A DNA stretch of 64,000 nucleotides from Clostridia bacterium (GCA_017524725.1 JAFXUZ010000029.1:41672-105671); one strand, 5' to 3'. Positions 1 through 10,040 are shown, counted from the stretch's first letter. Numbers and translations are program-made. Notes: a model not told the origin generated them from the letters alone.

Positions 1-502
1 CCTTCAGGCTGTCCAGGCTCCTGGCAGCGTACTCCATCATTTCCATGGTGAACACGTTGCTTTTTTCCTCCAGCAGCTTTTCGCGGAATACCGGGGGCAG
101 GCGGCTGTTCATGCCTTCCACGTCGGCGCAGTAGATCACGCCGTCGCAGTCGTATTGGGACTGGTCCTCGGTGGCGAAATGCGCGGCCACCAGGGGGGAA
201 TATGTCCAGTCCAAAAGACGGGTGGGCAGCCCGAACTGCTGCCCGATGACCAGGATCTGCCATATGGAAGCGTCGGACTTCAGATCGGCGTAGCCGTATT
301 TCCTCAGGCTGCGCAGAAGATGCCTTTCAAGGCTCAGGTCATGGGCGCACACACGGTTCAGGGACGGCATCAGTCCCCAGTCCGCGCGGCTCATGCCCCG
401 GTATACATAATTGGCGCGGTATCGCATGACACGGGAGTCCCAGACGCCGTCGAAAATGGCGTTCTGCAGGTCCTCCCAGCAGTGGATGATGGTCTCGTGC
501 AT
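1..502 (-). CDS. FRG domain-containing protein (5' part; gene runs off the left edge)
   Basis: Own minus-strand translation from ATG at 502 (GGAG about 8 nt upstream): MHETIIHCWEDLQNAIFDGVWDSRVMRYRANYVYRGMSRADWGLMPSLNR...IGQQFGLPTRLLDWTYSPLVAAHFATED. The YRG...PSL and QxGLPTRLLDWT...A.FA blocks match the FRG domain family. Absent from the ORF track because there is no stop in the window. Confidence 0.6.
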   Translation of the reverse strand, partial: MHETIIHCWEDLQNAIFDGVWDSRVMRYRANYVYRGMSRADWGLMPSLNRVCAHDLSLERHLLRSLRKYGYADLKSDASIWQILVIGQQFGLPTRLLDWTYSPLVAAHFATEDQSQYDCDGVIYCADVEGMNSRLPPVFREKLLEEKSNVFTMEMMEYAARSLDSLK

Positions 503-696
503 GAAATCGTCTCCGATCGTATCCGGCGTTTCCGTATGGGAGCGTTTTGCGCTCCGTATCCCGCAAGCGGAATTGTAACATGCCCCGGCGCCTTCGTCAA
601 TGGACGCCCGGAGGCGGGTTTATTGACAAAACCCCTGAAAGAAATTACAATGGTAGTCGTTCCCGAAGGCGATTTTTTAAAAGAACGGAGGATCCT

Positions 697-1794
697 ATGA
701 GGCAAGTCCCCTGGATCAGAACCCGGGCGTCGGCCCTGGCGATGGTCCTGATCTTTTCTGTGTGCCTTCTTGTGTGCGTGACGCCGCTGATGAGCTACGG
801 ACTGATGTTTTTATACTTTGCCTCTCCGTGCCTTCTGTGCCTCGCGTGGCTTTTGAGCGGCCGGGCGGCGGCGGACGCATGCCTTGCCCTGGCCGCGGCC
901 TCGTTTTATTTCTGCGGAGGCGCGGGCGCCGCGCTGGCGGGGGCCGTTTATCTTTTCCCGGCGCATTTTGTGTTCCGTTTCATGACGGTAAGGAACTTTT
1001 CCGCCCTGAAGACCGGGATCGCCGTAGCCGCGTCCCTGATGCTCAGCCAGCTGGCCCTGTATGTCTGGGCGCAGGCGTCCCTGGGCGGGAAAGCCTACGA
1101 AGCCGCGGCCGACGCGGCCAGGGCCTGGTTTGAAGGCGACCGGGAACTGGGCGATATGCTGCTGATCTACCTCAATTATTCGGGCATGCTGCCACTTTCC
1201 GCTTCCTATACGGGGCAGGGAATGAGCATGGCCGGGGTGCTGACCGCCGCCGCCAGGGAGGACCTGCTGAACGGACTGCAGCTCAGGATCATCACCTACC
1301 TTTCGGCGCTGGTGCCGGCGATGCTGGTGGAGATGAGCATCTACCAGGGCGCCATGACGGTTTTGATCCCCCGGCGGGCTGCCGAAAAGTATATCCGGAA
1401 GCGCGCTGCGGCGGAATGGGACGGAAAGCCCTCCCTCCCCGGCGAGGACACCCCCCAGCTGAGGACCTGGCACCTTCCCCGGGGCTGGGGATGGAAGATC
1501 GGCATCCTGGGCGCGGGATATTTCCTGATCGGCTCCGCGAACGCCACCGTTTCCCTGCTGGGAAAACTGATGTTCTACGCGTTTTTCGCGATCTATACGA
1601 TCCAGGGGGTCGCTTTCCTGAACCACATCCAGTGCATGCGGGCAAGGCGCAGGATCTGGCGGATCATCATCCCCATTCTGATACTTATGATATTCCAGGA
1701 AGCGATGTGCCTGATGGGCTGTGCGGACCAGATGCTGGATATGCGCAGGCTGAGAGTAAAAAACAACGACGAGCATGACCAATGGGAGGTATGA
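697..1794 (+). CDS. DUF2232/YybS-like polytopic membrane protein
   Basis: Subset of ORF 547..1794, starting at the ATG at 697 behind GGAGG. Multiple hydrophobic helices. Sits directly upstream of and overlapping rplI, the position yybS occupies in Bacillus. Confidence 0.55.
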   Translation: MRQVPWIRTRASALAMVLIFSVCLLVCVTPLMSYGLMFLYFASPCLLCLAWLLSGRAAADACLALAAASFYFCGGAGAALAGAVYLFPAHFVFRFMTVRNFSALKTGIAVAASLMLSQLALYVWAQASLGGKAYEAAADAARAWFEGDRELGDMLLIYLNYSGMLPLSASYTGQGMSMAGVLTAAAREDLLNGLQLRIITYLSALVPAMLVEMSIYQGAMTVLIPRRAAEKYIRKRAAAEWDGKPSLPGEDTPQLRTWHLPRGWGWKIGILGAGYFLIGSANATVSLLGKLMFYAFFAIYTIQGVAFLNHIQCMRARRRIWRIIIPILILMIFQEAMCLMGCADQMLDMRRLRVKNNDEHDQWEV

Positions 1795-1798
1795 ACAA

Positions 1799-2248
1799 AT
1801 GAAAGTGATCCTGCTGGAGGATGTCAAGAACGTAGGCAAAAAGGACGATATCGTCAACGTATCCGACGGTTACGCCCGCAATTTCCTGTTCCCCAGGAAA
1901 TGGGCCGTGGAATCCACTCCCGGCGCGGCCAAGGAGATCGAGCGCAAGCGCGCCGCCGAGCGCGCCAGGGAGATGGAGCGCCGCCAGGAGGCGGAAAAGA
2001 AGGCCGGCTCCCTCAGGGGCAAGGTGGTCACCGTCCGCACCCGCTGCGGCAGCCAGGGCAGGCTGTACGGCAGCGTGACCAGCGCCGAAGTGGCGGCCGC
2101 CCTGAAGGAGCAGTACGGCGTGGACGTGGACAAGCGCAAGGTGGAACTGGCCGAGAACATCCGTACCGTGGGCGAAAGCGCCGTCACCATCCGGCTGTAT
2201 CCCGAGATCAGTGCGAAAATGACGGTGAAGGTGGTCCCGGCGGAATGA
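1799..2248 (+). CDS. rplI: 50S ribosomal protein L9
   Basis: [36 protein letters not shown] is the canonical L9 N-terminus. About 150 aa. Followed by dnaB as in most Firmicutes. Confidence 0.92.
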   Translation: MKVILLEDVKNVGKKDDIVNVSDGYARNFLFPRKWAVESTPGAAKEIERKRAAERAREMERRQEAEKKAGSLRGKVVTVRTRCGSQGRLYGSVTSAEVAAALKEQYGVDVDKRKVELAENIRTVGESAVTIRLYPEISAKMTVKVVPAE

Positions 2249-2279
2249 TTTTAAGACCGGCGTTGGAAGGGGTGACAGG

Positions 2280-3626
2280 ATGAGCGAGACGATCCTTCCG
2301 AAGCTGCCCCAGAGCCCGGACGCGGAGCGTTCGGTGCTGGGCGCCATGATCCAGGACGAAAAAGCCCTCACCCAGGCGTCGGAAAGCCTGAAAGCGGAGG
2401 ATTTCTTTGTTCCGGCCCACCGGGAGATCTTCGGCGCGATCCTGCAGGTGATGCACAGCGGCATGGCTGTGGACCTGATCACCCTGGAGACCGAGCTTCA
2501 GCGGCGCGGAACGCTGGTGGGTGTGGGCGGCACGGAATACCTGGTGGACCTGGGGAGCACGGTCCCAAGTACGTCCAATATCAGGCATTACATCCGCATC
2601 GTGCTGGAGAAGAGCACCCTCCGCCAGCTGGCCGAATGCGGCCAGGCCATCCGCAGCGAAGCCATCGCCGAGGAGGACGACCTGGAGACCGTCCTTGAGC
2701 ACAGCGAGAAAAGCATATTCGATATCGTGATGCGCCGCACCGGGGCCGACAGCCTGGAGGGGATCGCGACCATCCTGCAGCGCACCTATGCCCTGGTGTC
2801 CGAATACGCCAGGAACAAGGGGCAGGTCAACGGCGTGACCACCGGATTTTACGACCTGGACAACCTGCTGACCGGAATGCACGGGGGCGAGCTGATCCTG
2901 ATCGGTGCGCGCCCTTCCATGGGCAAAACGTCCTTTGCGGTCAATATCTGCACCCGGGCGGCCCTGAAAGGACATAAGGTCGCTTTTTTCTCCCTGGAAA
3001 TGCCCCGGGAGCATATCGCCCTGCGCATGCTCTGCGGCGACGCGCGGGTAAATATGCAGAGCGTGCGCCAGGGCCGGCTTCGGGACGAGGAATGGGTGAA
3101 GCTGGCCAAATCCCTGGGCCCGCTGAGCCGCAGCGGCATTTTTATCGACGATACGGCCGGGATCTCGCCCATCCAGCTCCGCTCCCGCTGCCGGCGGCTG
3201 ATGATGGAGCACGGCCTGGACCTGATCGTCATCGATTACCTGCAGCTGATGACCTCGGACGGGCGGGCCGAAAACCGCCAGCTGGAGGTCAGCGAGATCA
3301 GCCGCGGGCTGAAGGCCATCGCCCTGGAACTGAAGGTGCCGCTGATCGCCTGCGCCCAGCTGAGCCGCGCCAACACCCAGCGGGCGGAAAAACGGCCCGT
3401 GCTTTCCGACCTGCGCGATTCCGGATCCATCGAGCAGGACGCCGATGTGGTGATGTTCCTCCACAGGGAATCCTATTACGACGACTCCGTGGAGGATAAA
3501 AACATCGCCGAGGCCATCGTGGCCAAGCAGCGCAACGGCCCCCTGGGCGTGATCAAGATGGCGTGGAACGGTGAATACACCCTGTTCGACAACCTTGCCT
3601 CCGGCGGGCTGGTCACGGGCGGATAA
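2280..3626 (+). CDS. dnaB: Replicative DNA helicase DnaB
   Basis: 448 aa. N-terminal PQSPDAERSVLGAMI motif, Walker A GARPSMGKTSFAVNI, and C-terminal RecA-like core (IAKQRNGP). Confidence 0.93.
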   Translation: MSETILPKLPQSPDAERSVLGAMIQDEKALTQASESLKAEDFFVPAHREIFGAILQVMHSGMAVDLITLETELQRRGTLVGVGGTEYLVDLGSTVPSTSNIRHYIRIVLEKSTLRQLAECGQAIRSEAIAEEDDLETVLEHSEKSIFDIVMRRTGADSLEGIATILQRTYALVSEYARNKGQVNGVTTGFYDLDNLLTGMHGGELILIGARPSMGKTSFAVNICTRAALKGHKVAFFSLEMPREHIALRMLCGDARVNMQSVRQGRLRDEEWVKLAKSLGPLSRSGIFIDDTAGISPIQLRSRCRRLMMEHGLDLIVIDYLQLMTSDGRAENRQLEVSEISRGLKAIALELKVPLIACAQLSRANTQRAEKRPVLSDLRDSGSIEQDADVVMFLHRESYYDDSVEDKNIAEAIVAKQRNGPLGVIKMAWNGEYTLFDNLASGGLVTGG

Positions 3627-3656
3627 TAAAAAATACAGAACATACAGCGAGGTATT

Positions 3657-4715
3657 ATGCAGGATACGGTTTCTTCCCTCCGCAAGGATATGCGGTTCCT
3701 GGGATTTTTGCTGGTACGGATGGCCGAAACGCGGGTGAGCAACGCCAAGGGCACCCAGTACCTGGACATGACGCTGGCGGACAGGACCGGCGAGATCAAC
3801 TGCAAAGTGTGGGACGGGAACACCAAACCGCCCAGGGTCGGGTCGGTGGTCAAGGTGCAGGGGCTCATCCAGGAATACAACGGACGGCTCCAGATGCGCG
3901 TGGAGCGCATGCGCGCCGCCGAGGAGAACGATCCGGTGGAAATGGAGCTCCTGGTCAGATGCGCCCCCGAAAAGCCCGGGGATATGCTGGCCGAGATCGA
4001 AGGGGCCATCGATGAAATGACCTGGGAGGACCTGAAGGCCATCCTGAAAAAGATGATCGCCCGGGCAGGGAAAAAGCTGATGTATTATCCCGCGGCCCAG
4101 AGGCTGCACCACGCGGAAAGGGGCGGGCTTCTGCACCACACCCTTTCCATGCTGCGGGTCGCCCGGGCCGTGGCGCCCATGTATCCCTTCCTGAACCGGG
4201 ACCTGCTTTTTGCCGGCGTGATCGCCCATGACCTGGGCAAGATCGACGAAATGCAGTCCGACGAGACCGGGAGCGTCGGCGATTACACCGCCGAGGGCCT
4301 GCTGCTCGGGCACCTGGTGGACGGCGTCGCCGCCGTCAGGGAATGCGCCCGAGAGGCCGGGGTGGACGGGGAAGCGGTGCTGCTGCTCAGCCACATGATC
4401 ATCAGCCACCACGGCGTGCCGGAATTCGGCAGCCCCAGGGCGCCCATGTTCCCCGAGGCGGAAGCGCTCCACATGATCGACGACCTGGACGCCAAGCTCA
4501 ACGAGATGGAAAGCGTCATGGACCGCACCCCGGCGGGGGTCTTCAGCGAGAAGATCTGGTCCCTGGACCGCAGGCTCTACCATCCCAGGTATCCCCTCGG
4601 CGAAAAGGAGGCCCCGGAGGCGGAGCCCGCTCCCGCGACCGTGGAAAAGCCGTCCCCCGCGGGGGATACGGGAAGCGCCGCCCCCGGCAGGGGGAGTTAC
4701 GACGGACTTCTCTGA
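3657..4715 (+). CDS. YhaM-like 3'-5' exoribonuclease (OB-fold plus HD domain)
   Basis: N-terminal OB-fold pattern (GTQYLDMTLADRTGEINCKVWD) followed by HD-domain motifs (HHAERGGLLHHTLSM, IAHDLGK, ISHHG). Confidence 0.7.
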   Translation: MQDTVSSLRKDMRFLGFLLVRMAETRVSNAKGTQYLDMTLADRTGEINCKVWDGNTKPPRVGSVVKVQGLIQEYNGRLQMRVERMRAAEENDPVEMELLVRCAPEKPGDMLAEIEGAIDEMTWEDLKAILKKMIARAGKKLMYYPAAQRLHHAERGGLLHHTLSMLRVARAVAPMYPFLNRDLLFAGVIAHDLGKIDEMQSDETGSVGDYTAEGLLLGHLVDGVAAVRECAREAGVDGEAVLLLSHMIISHHGVPEFGSPRAPMFPEAEALHMIDDLDAKLNEMESVMDRTPAGVFSEKIWSLDRRLYHPRYPLGEKEAPEAEPAPATVEKPSPAGDTGSAAPGRGSYDGLL

Positions 4716-4790
4716 TGCCGTGTCCTGACGGACCTGAGACGCGAAACGCCGGGATATTGTAACGAATTGTGAAAATGTGTTTCGGAATAC

Positions 4791-4819
4791 TTGACGAATC
4801 ATTAAATAATTGTTACAAT
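4791..4819 (+). promoter_or_regulatory. Sigma-70-type promoter candidate (TTGACG-17-TACAAT with TGn extension)
   Basis: TTGACG at 4791-4796, a 17-nt spacer ending in TGT, then TACAAT at 4814-4819. Lies about 120 nt upstream of the lipoprotein gene. Confidence 0.45.
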
Positions 4820-4939
4820 ATCGTTAAACAGCCGGACTCTGCCCGTCTTTCGGGCGGCAAAAAAGGGCCCGGCTTCCGGCGGGCGTCTGCCTGCCGGCGG
4901 ATTTCCGTTACCCGCAGGGTGGATGGGAGGCGTCAGGAA

Positions 4940-5749
4940 ATGGCGAAAGCATCTACATGGAAAAAACGGTCCTTCGCGCTGCTTATGCTGGCGTCGGTTC
5001 TTTTGCTGTGTGCCTGCAGCGGCGGAGGCGGCAACGGGACCGATATCGTAACGGCGGTGCCCACGCAGAACGCGGCGCTGATCCCCACGGCAGTCCCCTC
5101 CGGCGGAACGGACTACCTGAGCGATCTTCCGGAAGGATACGATCCCGCCAGCGAAGAGAACGGCACGGAATACGACGGCGGCGACTATGACGAAATGGGC
5201 CGCTCGGTCTATGCCGGCGCCACTCCGATCCCGCTGGATCCGGTGGACAAACCCACCGCGTCCCCCCGTCCGGAATTGACCTTCAACTATAAGGAATACG
5301 CCTCCGCGGCCTTCGGCATCCGCTTTGAGATCCCCTACGACTGGACGGTGGACGACACCGCTTCCGACAGGCTGGTCTTTACCGATCCCAACACCCTGGA
5401 CAACGTGAACGCCACCCTGACCATCACGGTGAAGACGGTGGCCTCCACCTACAAGGGCGAGGACCTCAAGGCCGACCTGCAGTCCGAGGTGGCGGCGCTG
5501 GGCCAGTACAACTACACCGAATGGAAGCCGACCACCGCCGAAAAGCGCACCCTCCTTGCGGGAGAAGGATATTACGTCAACTACCGCGGCGTCCTGTATG
5601 ACGGCACCATCGTGCGCGGCAGGGTGCATATGGCCATCATCAACGGCAACCGCCGCATCGAGGTGGTGCTGAACTGCCCCGGATGGTTCAATTCCAGTTA
5701 TATCACGATGTTCACCCATTTCCGCAATACCCTTGCGTATATGGAATGA
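4940..5749 (+). CDS. Secreted/lipoprotein of unknown function
   Basis: Internal start of ORF 4769..5749 at MAKASTWKKRSFALLMLASVLLLCACSGGGG, a signal peptide with a lipobox-like LCAC. No family recognised. Confidence 0.55.
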   Translation: MAKASTWKKRSFALLMLASVLLLCACSGGGGNGTDIVTAVPTQNAALIPTAVPSGGTDYLSDLPEGYDPASEENGTEYDGGDYDEMGRSVYAGATPIPLDPVDKPTASPRPELTFNYKEYASAAFGIRFEIPYDWTVDDTASDRLVFTDPNTLDNVNATLTITVKTVASTYKGEDLKADLQSEVAALGQYNYTEWKPTTAEKRTLLAGEGYYVNYRGVLYDGTIVRGRVHMAIINGNRRIEVVLNCPGWFNSSYITMFTHFRNTLAYME

Positions 5750-5780
5750 GACCTGCCGCTTATACCGTGAGCTTTCATGG

Positions 5781-5806
5781 GGCCGCTTGCCAGAAAGCGG
5801 CCTTTT
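5781..5806 (+). terminator. Rho-independent terminator candidate
   Basis: GGCCGCTT-gccaga-AAGCGGCC followed by TTTT, downstream of the lipoprotein gene. Confidence 0.5.
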
Positions 5807-5837
5807 GAAATAAATACATGAAAGGTAAAGATGATTT

Positions 5838-6827
5838 TTGAGTACATCCCGATTTGCTTTGTTCGTGGACCTGGAAAACTGCGGGGCCAAGGCTTCCACG
5901 CTTTTGAACATCCTTGAAAAGGTCAAGATCCGCGGCGACATCCTTCTGGGCAAGGTGTACGGATACACCGACCGTTTTTCGGACCTGAAGGAGATCCTTC
6001 TGAGCAATACCTTTACGGTGGTGCCTTCCCTGCGCTACGGCATCAGCCAGAAAAACAACGCGGACATCCTCCTGGTGATCGACGCCCTGGAGGTGGCCTA
6101 CACCAATCCGCTGATCGATTCCTTCTGCATCGTTTCCGGCGACAGCGACTACACCCCGCTGGTGGGCAGGCTGAAGTCCATGGGCAAATTCGTCCTGGGC
6201 ATGTCCCGCAGCGAGGTGGCATCCTCCATATTCATCAACGCCTGCAACGAGTTCCAGTTCCTGGAGACCGTCAACTCCGCCACCCGTTCGGTCCGGCCCA
6301 AGAAGGGGCAGAACAAGGACGACCCGCTGGACGAGGTGGCCCTCAATAAGCTGCTGGAGGGCATCCTGGACGAACAGGACGCGGACGAAATGTACGCCAG
6401 CGAGCTCAAGGGCGTTTTGCTGCGCCTTCGTCCGGATTTCAACGAAAAGAATTACGGCTGTCCGGGCTTTGGCAAGCTGCTTGCCAAGCTGAGCGAAAAA
6501 TACGGCACCATGAAGATCAGGAACGACAACTACAACGTGCTGGTCTCCCTTTCCGCCGAGCCGTCCCCGGGGGACGACACCCCGAAGATCACCGGCGAAA
6601 ACTGGAGGAACCTGTTTGCCGAGCAGCTGAAGCATTACAAGGACGACGGCTTTGCCCGCGTCAATCCATCCATCCTGAAGGCGGACATCCAGTCGGCATA
6701 CCCGGATTACACCGACAAGGGGATCGGCTTCAAGCGCTTTTCCGACGTGCTCAAGCAATTGGAAAAGGACGGACTGCTGAAACTGGAGACCGACGGACAG
6801 AACAACCTGCTGATCCGCATGCTGTAA
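5838..6827 (+). CDS. NYN (LabA/DUF88-like) domain protein with C-terminal OST-HTH/LOTUS-like region
   Basis: TTG start. FALFVDLENCG...ADILLVIDALE...FCIVSGDSDYTPLVGRLKSMGKFV is the NYN/PIN-like acidic signature. The C-terminal part resembles OST-HTH repeats. Confidence 0.65.
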   Translation: MSTSRFALFVDLENCGAKASTLLNILEKVKIRGDILLGKVYGYTDRFSDLKEILLSNTFTVVPSLRYGISQKNNADILLVIDALEVAYTNPLIDSFCIVSGDSDYTPLVGRLKSMGKFVLGMSRSEVASSIFINACNEFQFLETVNSATRSVRPKKGQNKDDPLDEVALNKLLEGILDEQDADEMYASELKGVLLRLRPDFNEKNYGCPGFGKLLAKLSEKYGTMKIRNDNYNVLVSLSAEPSPGDDTPKITGENWRNLFAEQLKHYKDDGFARVNPSILKADIQSAYPDYTDKGIGFKRFSDVLKQLEKDGLLKLETDGQNNLLIRML

Positions 6828-6917
6828 GGCTATTCCCGCCTTTGCCGGCGCTTGAGCGTCATGAGGGTACGCGTTTTCTTAAAAACCCGGCCCGTCTTTT
6901 CTGTTGAAAAAGAAAAG

Positions 6918-6946
6918 TTGACAACTGTCCCGGGCGGGAGTAATAT
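6918..6946 (+). promoter_or_regulatory. Sigma-70-type promoter candidate (TTGACA-17-TAATAT)
   Basis: TTGACA at 6918-6923, 17-nt spacer, TAATAT at 6941-6946, upstream of the DUF1858 gene. Confidence 0.5.
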
Positions 6947-6996
6947 CGGTTTGGGCGTCCGGGAAACGGACGACATAAAACGGAGGTTTTTTGAAC

Positions 6997-7215
6997 ATGG
7001 AGATCACCAAGGAAATGAGCATCGGCGATGTCCTGCAATTGGACCGCTCCACCGCGGATATCCTGACCAGCTTCGGAATGCACTGCTTCGGTTGCCCCTA
7101 TTCCCTGATGGAGAGCCTGGAAGACGCCTGCATGGTCCATGGGGCCAATGTGGACGAACTGGTGGACCAGCTGAACGCCTATCTTAACGAAAAGGCCGAA
7201 AAGAAGGGCGAATAA
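6997..7215 (+). CDS. DUF1858 / hybrid-cluster-protein-associated redox disulfide domain protein
   Basis: 72 aa from the ATG at 6997 (GGAGG 9 nt upstream). MEITKEMSIGDVL...ILTSFGMHCFGCP with the CxGC motif typical of this small family. Confidence 0.6.
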   Translation: MEITKEMSIGDVLQLDRSTADILTSFGMHCFGCPYSLMESLEDACMVHGANVDELVDQLNAYLNEKAEKKGE

Positions 7216-7671
7216 ACCGCCCGGGCGGCAAAAAAAGACCGCGGAAGACAGTCCGGATCAGGGGTCCGCAGAGGACCGGATCCGGACCGACGCCTTCGGG
7301 CGGGGCAGAAAAAGAACGGCCATGCAAAAAGCGGAAACGCTCCTTCATGGCTGTTTTTATTTGTTCGGAAAGGATCTGCGCGCGGCCGGCCGGGGGCGGG
7401 AGATCAGGGACCCCGTTCCCGGAAAACAGGCAGCGGCAAAGTTTGCTTGCAAAAAGCTGTCCCTTCCTTGTATAATGATTATAGATGTTTGTATATTGAC
7501 CTGAGGCAGGGCGGAAGGGGCCGGCAACGATGGCAGACGGATATAGGAGCACTCAGTCAGTCAGGAACCCTTTGTCCCCGGCAAAAGCCAGGGGTCTCAT
7601 TTGACGCGGCAATACCGCCGCGCCTTTTTGTGTTTCGGAAGCATTGAGCTATAGTAAGGAGACAAGGGATC

Positions 7672-10005
7672 ATGAAACGGAAACCGTGGATCATCCCGGT
7701 GCTGACGGCGTTTCTGGCGGTGCTGTTTTGCGGCGCGGCGTTGGCGGACCGGAGCGGCACCTGCGGCGACAATGTGACCTACTCGTTCGATTCCGCCACC
7801 GGCACCCTGACCGTCAGCGGGACCGGCCCAATGGCGGATTATACCCTGTCCGCTCCCGCTCCATGGGTTGATGAACGTGCGCTCATCCAAACCGTTGTCA
7901 TTGAAAACGGCGTAACGCGCGTTGGCAGCCGCGCGTTCCAGGAATGCGCCAACCTGGACAGCATTTCCATCCCGGACAGCGTGACCGGTATCGGCAATTA
8001 TGCTTTCCTCAGCTGTACCGGTTTGACCGGTATAACCCTGCCCGGCAGTTTGACCGGCATAGGCAGTTTCGCCTTCGCCGGCTGCCGCGGTCTGGACAGC
8101 GTGGCCATCCCGGATGGCGTAACGGATCTTGGCGAATATGCTTTCAACCAATGCTCCGGCCTGATCACCGTGACCCTTCCTGGCAGCGTGACCAGTATTG
8201 GCAGCAGCGTCTTCAACGGCTGTACCGGTTTGACCGATATCGCCATCCCGGATACCGTGACCAGCATCCATTCCAATGCCTTCCGCAGCTGCACCGGCCT
8301 GAGCAGCGTGAGCCTTCCGTTCAGTGTGACCGGCATCGGGCCCGACGCTTTCGCTTATTGCACCGGCCTGACCGGCGTCACCGTCAACAACCCCGGCGCC
8401 GACATCGATGAGGACGCTTTTACCGCCCATGGTGCTTCCCTTACGTTCTACGGTCTGACGGGATCGACGGCGGAGACCTACGCCGCGGAACACAGCATCC
8501 CATTTACATCCGTTGGCGCTTTCGGGCAGTGCGGCGACAACGTGCAATACGCTTTCAACTCCGTCGCCGGTGTGGTGAACATCACCGGCAGCGGGCCGAT
8601 GTGGGATTACAATTACAGCACCGCCCCTTCCCCGTTTGAGTCGGATGATTCGGTCACTTCCGCGATCATCGGCGAGGGTGTGACGAGTATCGGCAGCTGG
8701 TTCTTCAACGAATGCGGGAACCTTGAAGGCGTCAGCCTGCCCGGAAGCCTCCTGCAGATCGGAGAGGGCGCCTTCTTCTACACTGCTCTGACTTTCGTGA
8801 CGATCCCCGGCAGTGTGACCGGCATCGGCGATGGTGCTTTCAGCGAATGCGTAAATCTGACGGGCGTTACCGTCCCGGACAGCGTGACCAGCATCGGCGA
8901 CTATGCTTTCTATGACTGCCGCAGCCTGAACAGCATCACCATCCCGGACGGCGTGACCGGCATCGGAGAGAATGCTTTCTGTAATTGCAGCAGCCTGAGT
9001 GGCATCAACATTCCGGACAGTGTGACCAGCATCGGTGACAATGCTTTCTTTGACTGCTTCAACCTGACCGGCATCACCATCCCGGACAGCGTGACCAGCA
9101 TCGGCGATTATGCTTTTGCCGGCTGCTTTCGCATTACCGGCGTCACCATCCCGGACAGCATGACCAGCATCAGCTGCGGTACTTTCTCGCGCTGCACCGG
9201 CTTGACGGACGTCACCATCCCGGACAGCGTGACCGGTATCGGCGACTATGCTTTCGACTACTGCACACACCTGACGAACATCACCATCCCGGACAGCGTG
9301 ACCAGCATCGGTGAGCATGCTTTCGATGCCTGTGGTGACTTGACGGGCGTCGCCATCCCGGACAGCGTGACCAGCATCGGCGACCAGGCTTTCGTTAACT
9401 GCATCAGCCTGACCAGCATTACCATCCCGGACAGCGTGACCAGCATCAGCAACGGTGCATTCGGGAACTGTTACAGCCTGAATAGCGTCACCATCCCGGG
9501 CAGCGTGACCAGCATTGGCAGACAGGCGTTCGTTAACTGCTACGAGCTGACCGACATTACCATCCCGGGCAGCGTGACCAGCATCAGCTATCTGGTTTTC
9601 AAAGGCTGCAGCGGGCTGACCGGTGTAACCATCCTCAATCCCGACTGCATCATCGGCGACGGTGACTACGACGTCTTCGAAGGCTGCCCCGCCGCCCTCG
9701 TCATCCGCGGCTACGAAGGCTCCACGGCTCAGGCCTACGCCCAGGCGGCGGGCATGAATTTTGCCGCCCTCGCCGTCCCGTCCCCGACCTTCACCCTTCC
9801 CGCCGGCCTGACGAGCATTGAAGCCGAAGCTTTCTCCGGCATCGCCGCCGAAGCCGTCCTGATCCCCGATACAGTGACAGCCATCGAGGGCGATCCCTTT
9901 GCCGGCAGCCGGGTAAAGTTCATCTACGGCGCGCCCGGCTCCGCCGCGGAGACCTTTGCCAACGGCAATGGTTATCTCTTCGTACCCGTACCCGTTGGAG
10001 ACTGA
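7672..10005 (+). CDS. BspA-type leucine-rich repeat surface protein
   Basis: AAGGAG RBS and a signal peptide (MKRKPWIIPVLTAFLAVLFCGAALA). More than 20 tandem ~23-aa units of the form IPDSVTSIGDYAFxxCxxLTxITIP. Confidence 0.85.
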   Translation: MKRKPWIIPVLTAFLAVLFCGAALADRSGTCGDNVTYSFDSATGTLTVSGTGPMADYTLSAPAPWVDERALIQTVVIENGVTRVGSRAFQECANLDSISIPDSVTGIGNYAFLSCTGLTGITLPGSLTGIGSFAFAGCRGLDSVAIPDGVTDLGEYAFNQCSGLITVTLPGSVTSIGSSVFNGCTGLTDIAIPDTVTSIHSNAFRSCTGLSSVSLPFSVTGIGPDAFAYCTGLTGVTVNNPGADIDEDAFTAHGASLTFYGLTGSTAETYAAEHSIPFTSVGAFGQCGDNVQYAFNSVAGVVNITGSGPMWDYNYSTAPSPFESDDSVTSAIIGEGVTSIGSWFFNECGNLEGVSLPGSLLQIGEGAFFYTALTFVTIPGSVTGIGDGAFSECVNLTGVTVPDSVTSIGDYAFYDCRSLNSITIPDGVTGIGENAFCNCSSLSGINIPDSVTSIGDNAFFDCFNLTGITIPDSVTSIGDYAFAGCFRITGVTIPDSMTSISCGTFSRCTGLTDVTIPDSVTGIGDYAFDYCTHLTNITIPDSVTSIGEHAFDACGDLTGVAIPDSVTSIGDQAFVNCISLTSITIPDSVTSISNGAFGNCYSLNSVTIPGSVTSIGRQAFVNCYELTDITIPGSVTSISYLVFKGCSGLTGVTILNPDCIIGDGDYDVFEGCPAALVIRGYEGSTAQAYAQAAGMNFAALAVPSPTFTLPAGLTSIEAEAFSGIAAEAVLIPDTVTAIEGDPFAGSRVKFIYGAPGSAAETFANGNGYLFVPVPVGD

Positions 10006-10040
10006 CCGATCAGAAAAAGACCGCGGGCTGAAACAAAACG

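Noticed and set aside
2208-4802. 864-aa minus-strand ORF spanning the dnaB and yhaM-like genes
   Set aside because: Antisense to two genes with unambiguous motifs. The product is Gly/Arg/Pro/His-rich low-complexity sequence typical of shadow ORFs in GC-rich DNA, and there is no RBS context.
8860-9620. Repeated DNA inside the LRR gene considered as a mobile or CRISPR-like repeat
   Set aside because: The period is 69 bp in a single open frame that encodes canonical LRR units, so it is a coding tandem repeat. It is reported only as a possible length-variation hotspot.
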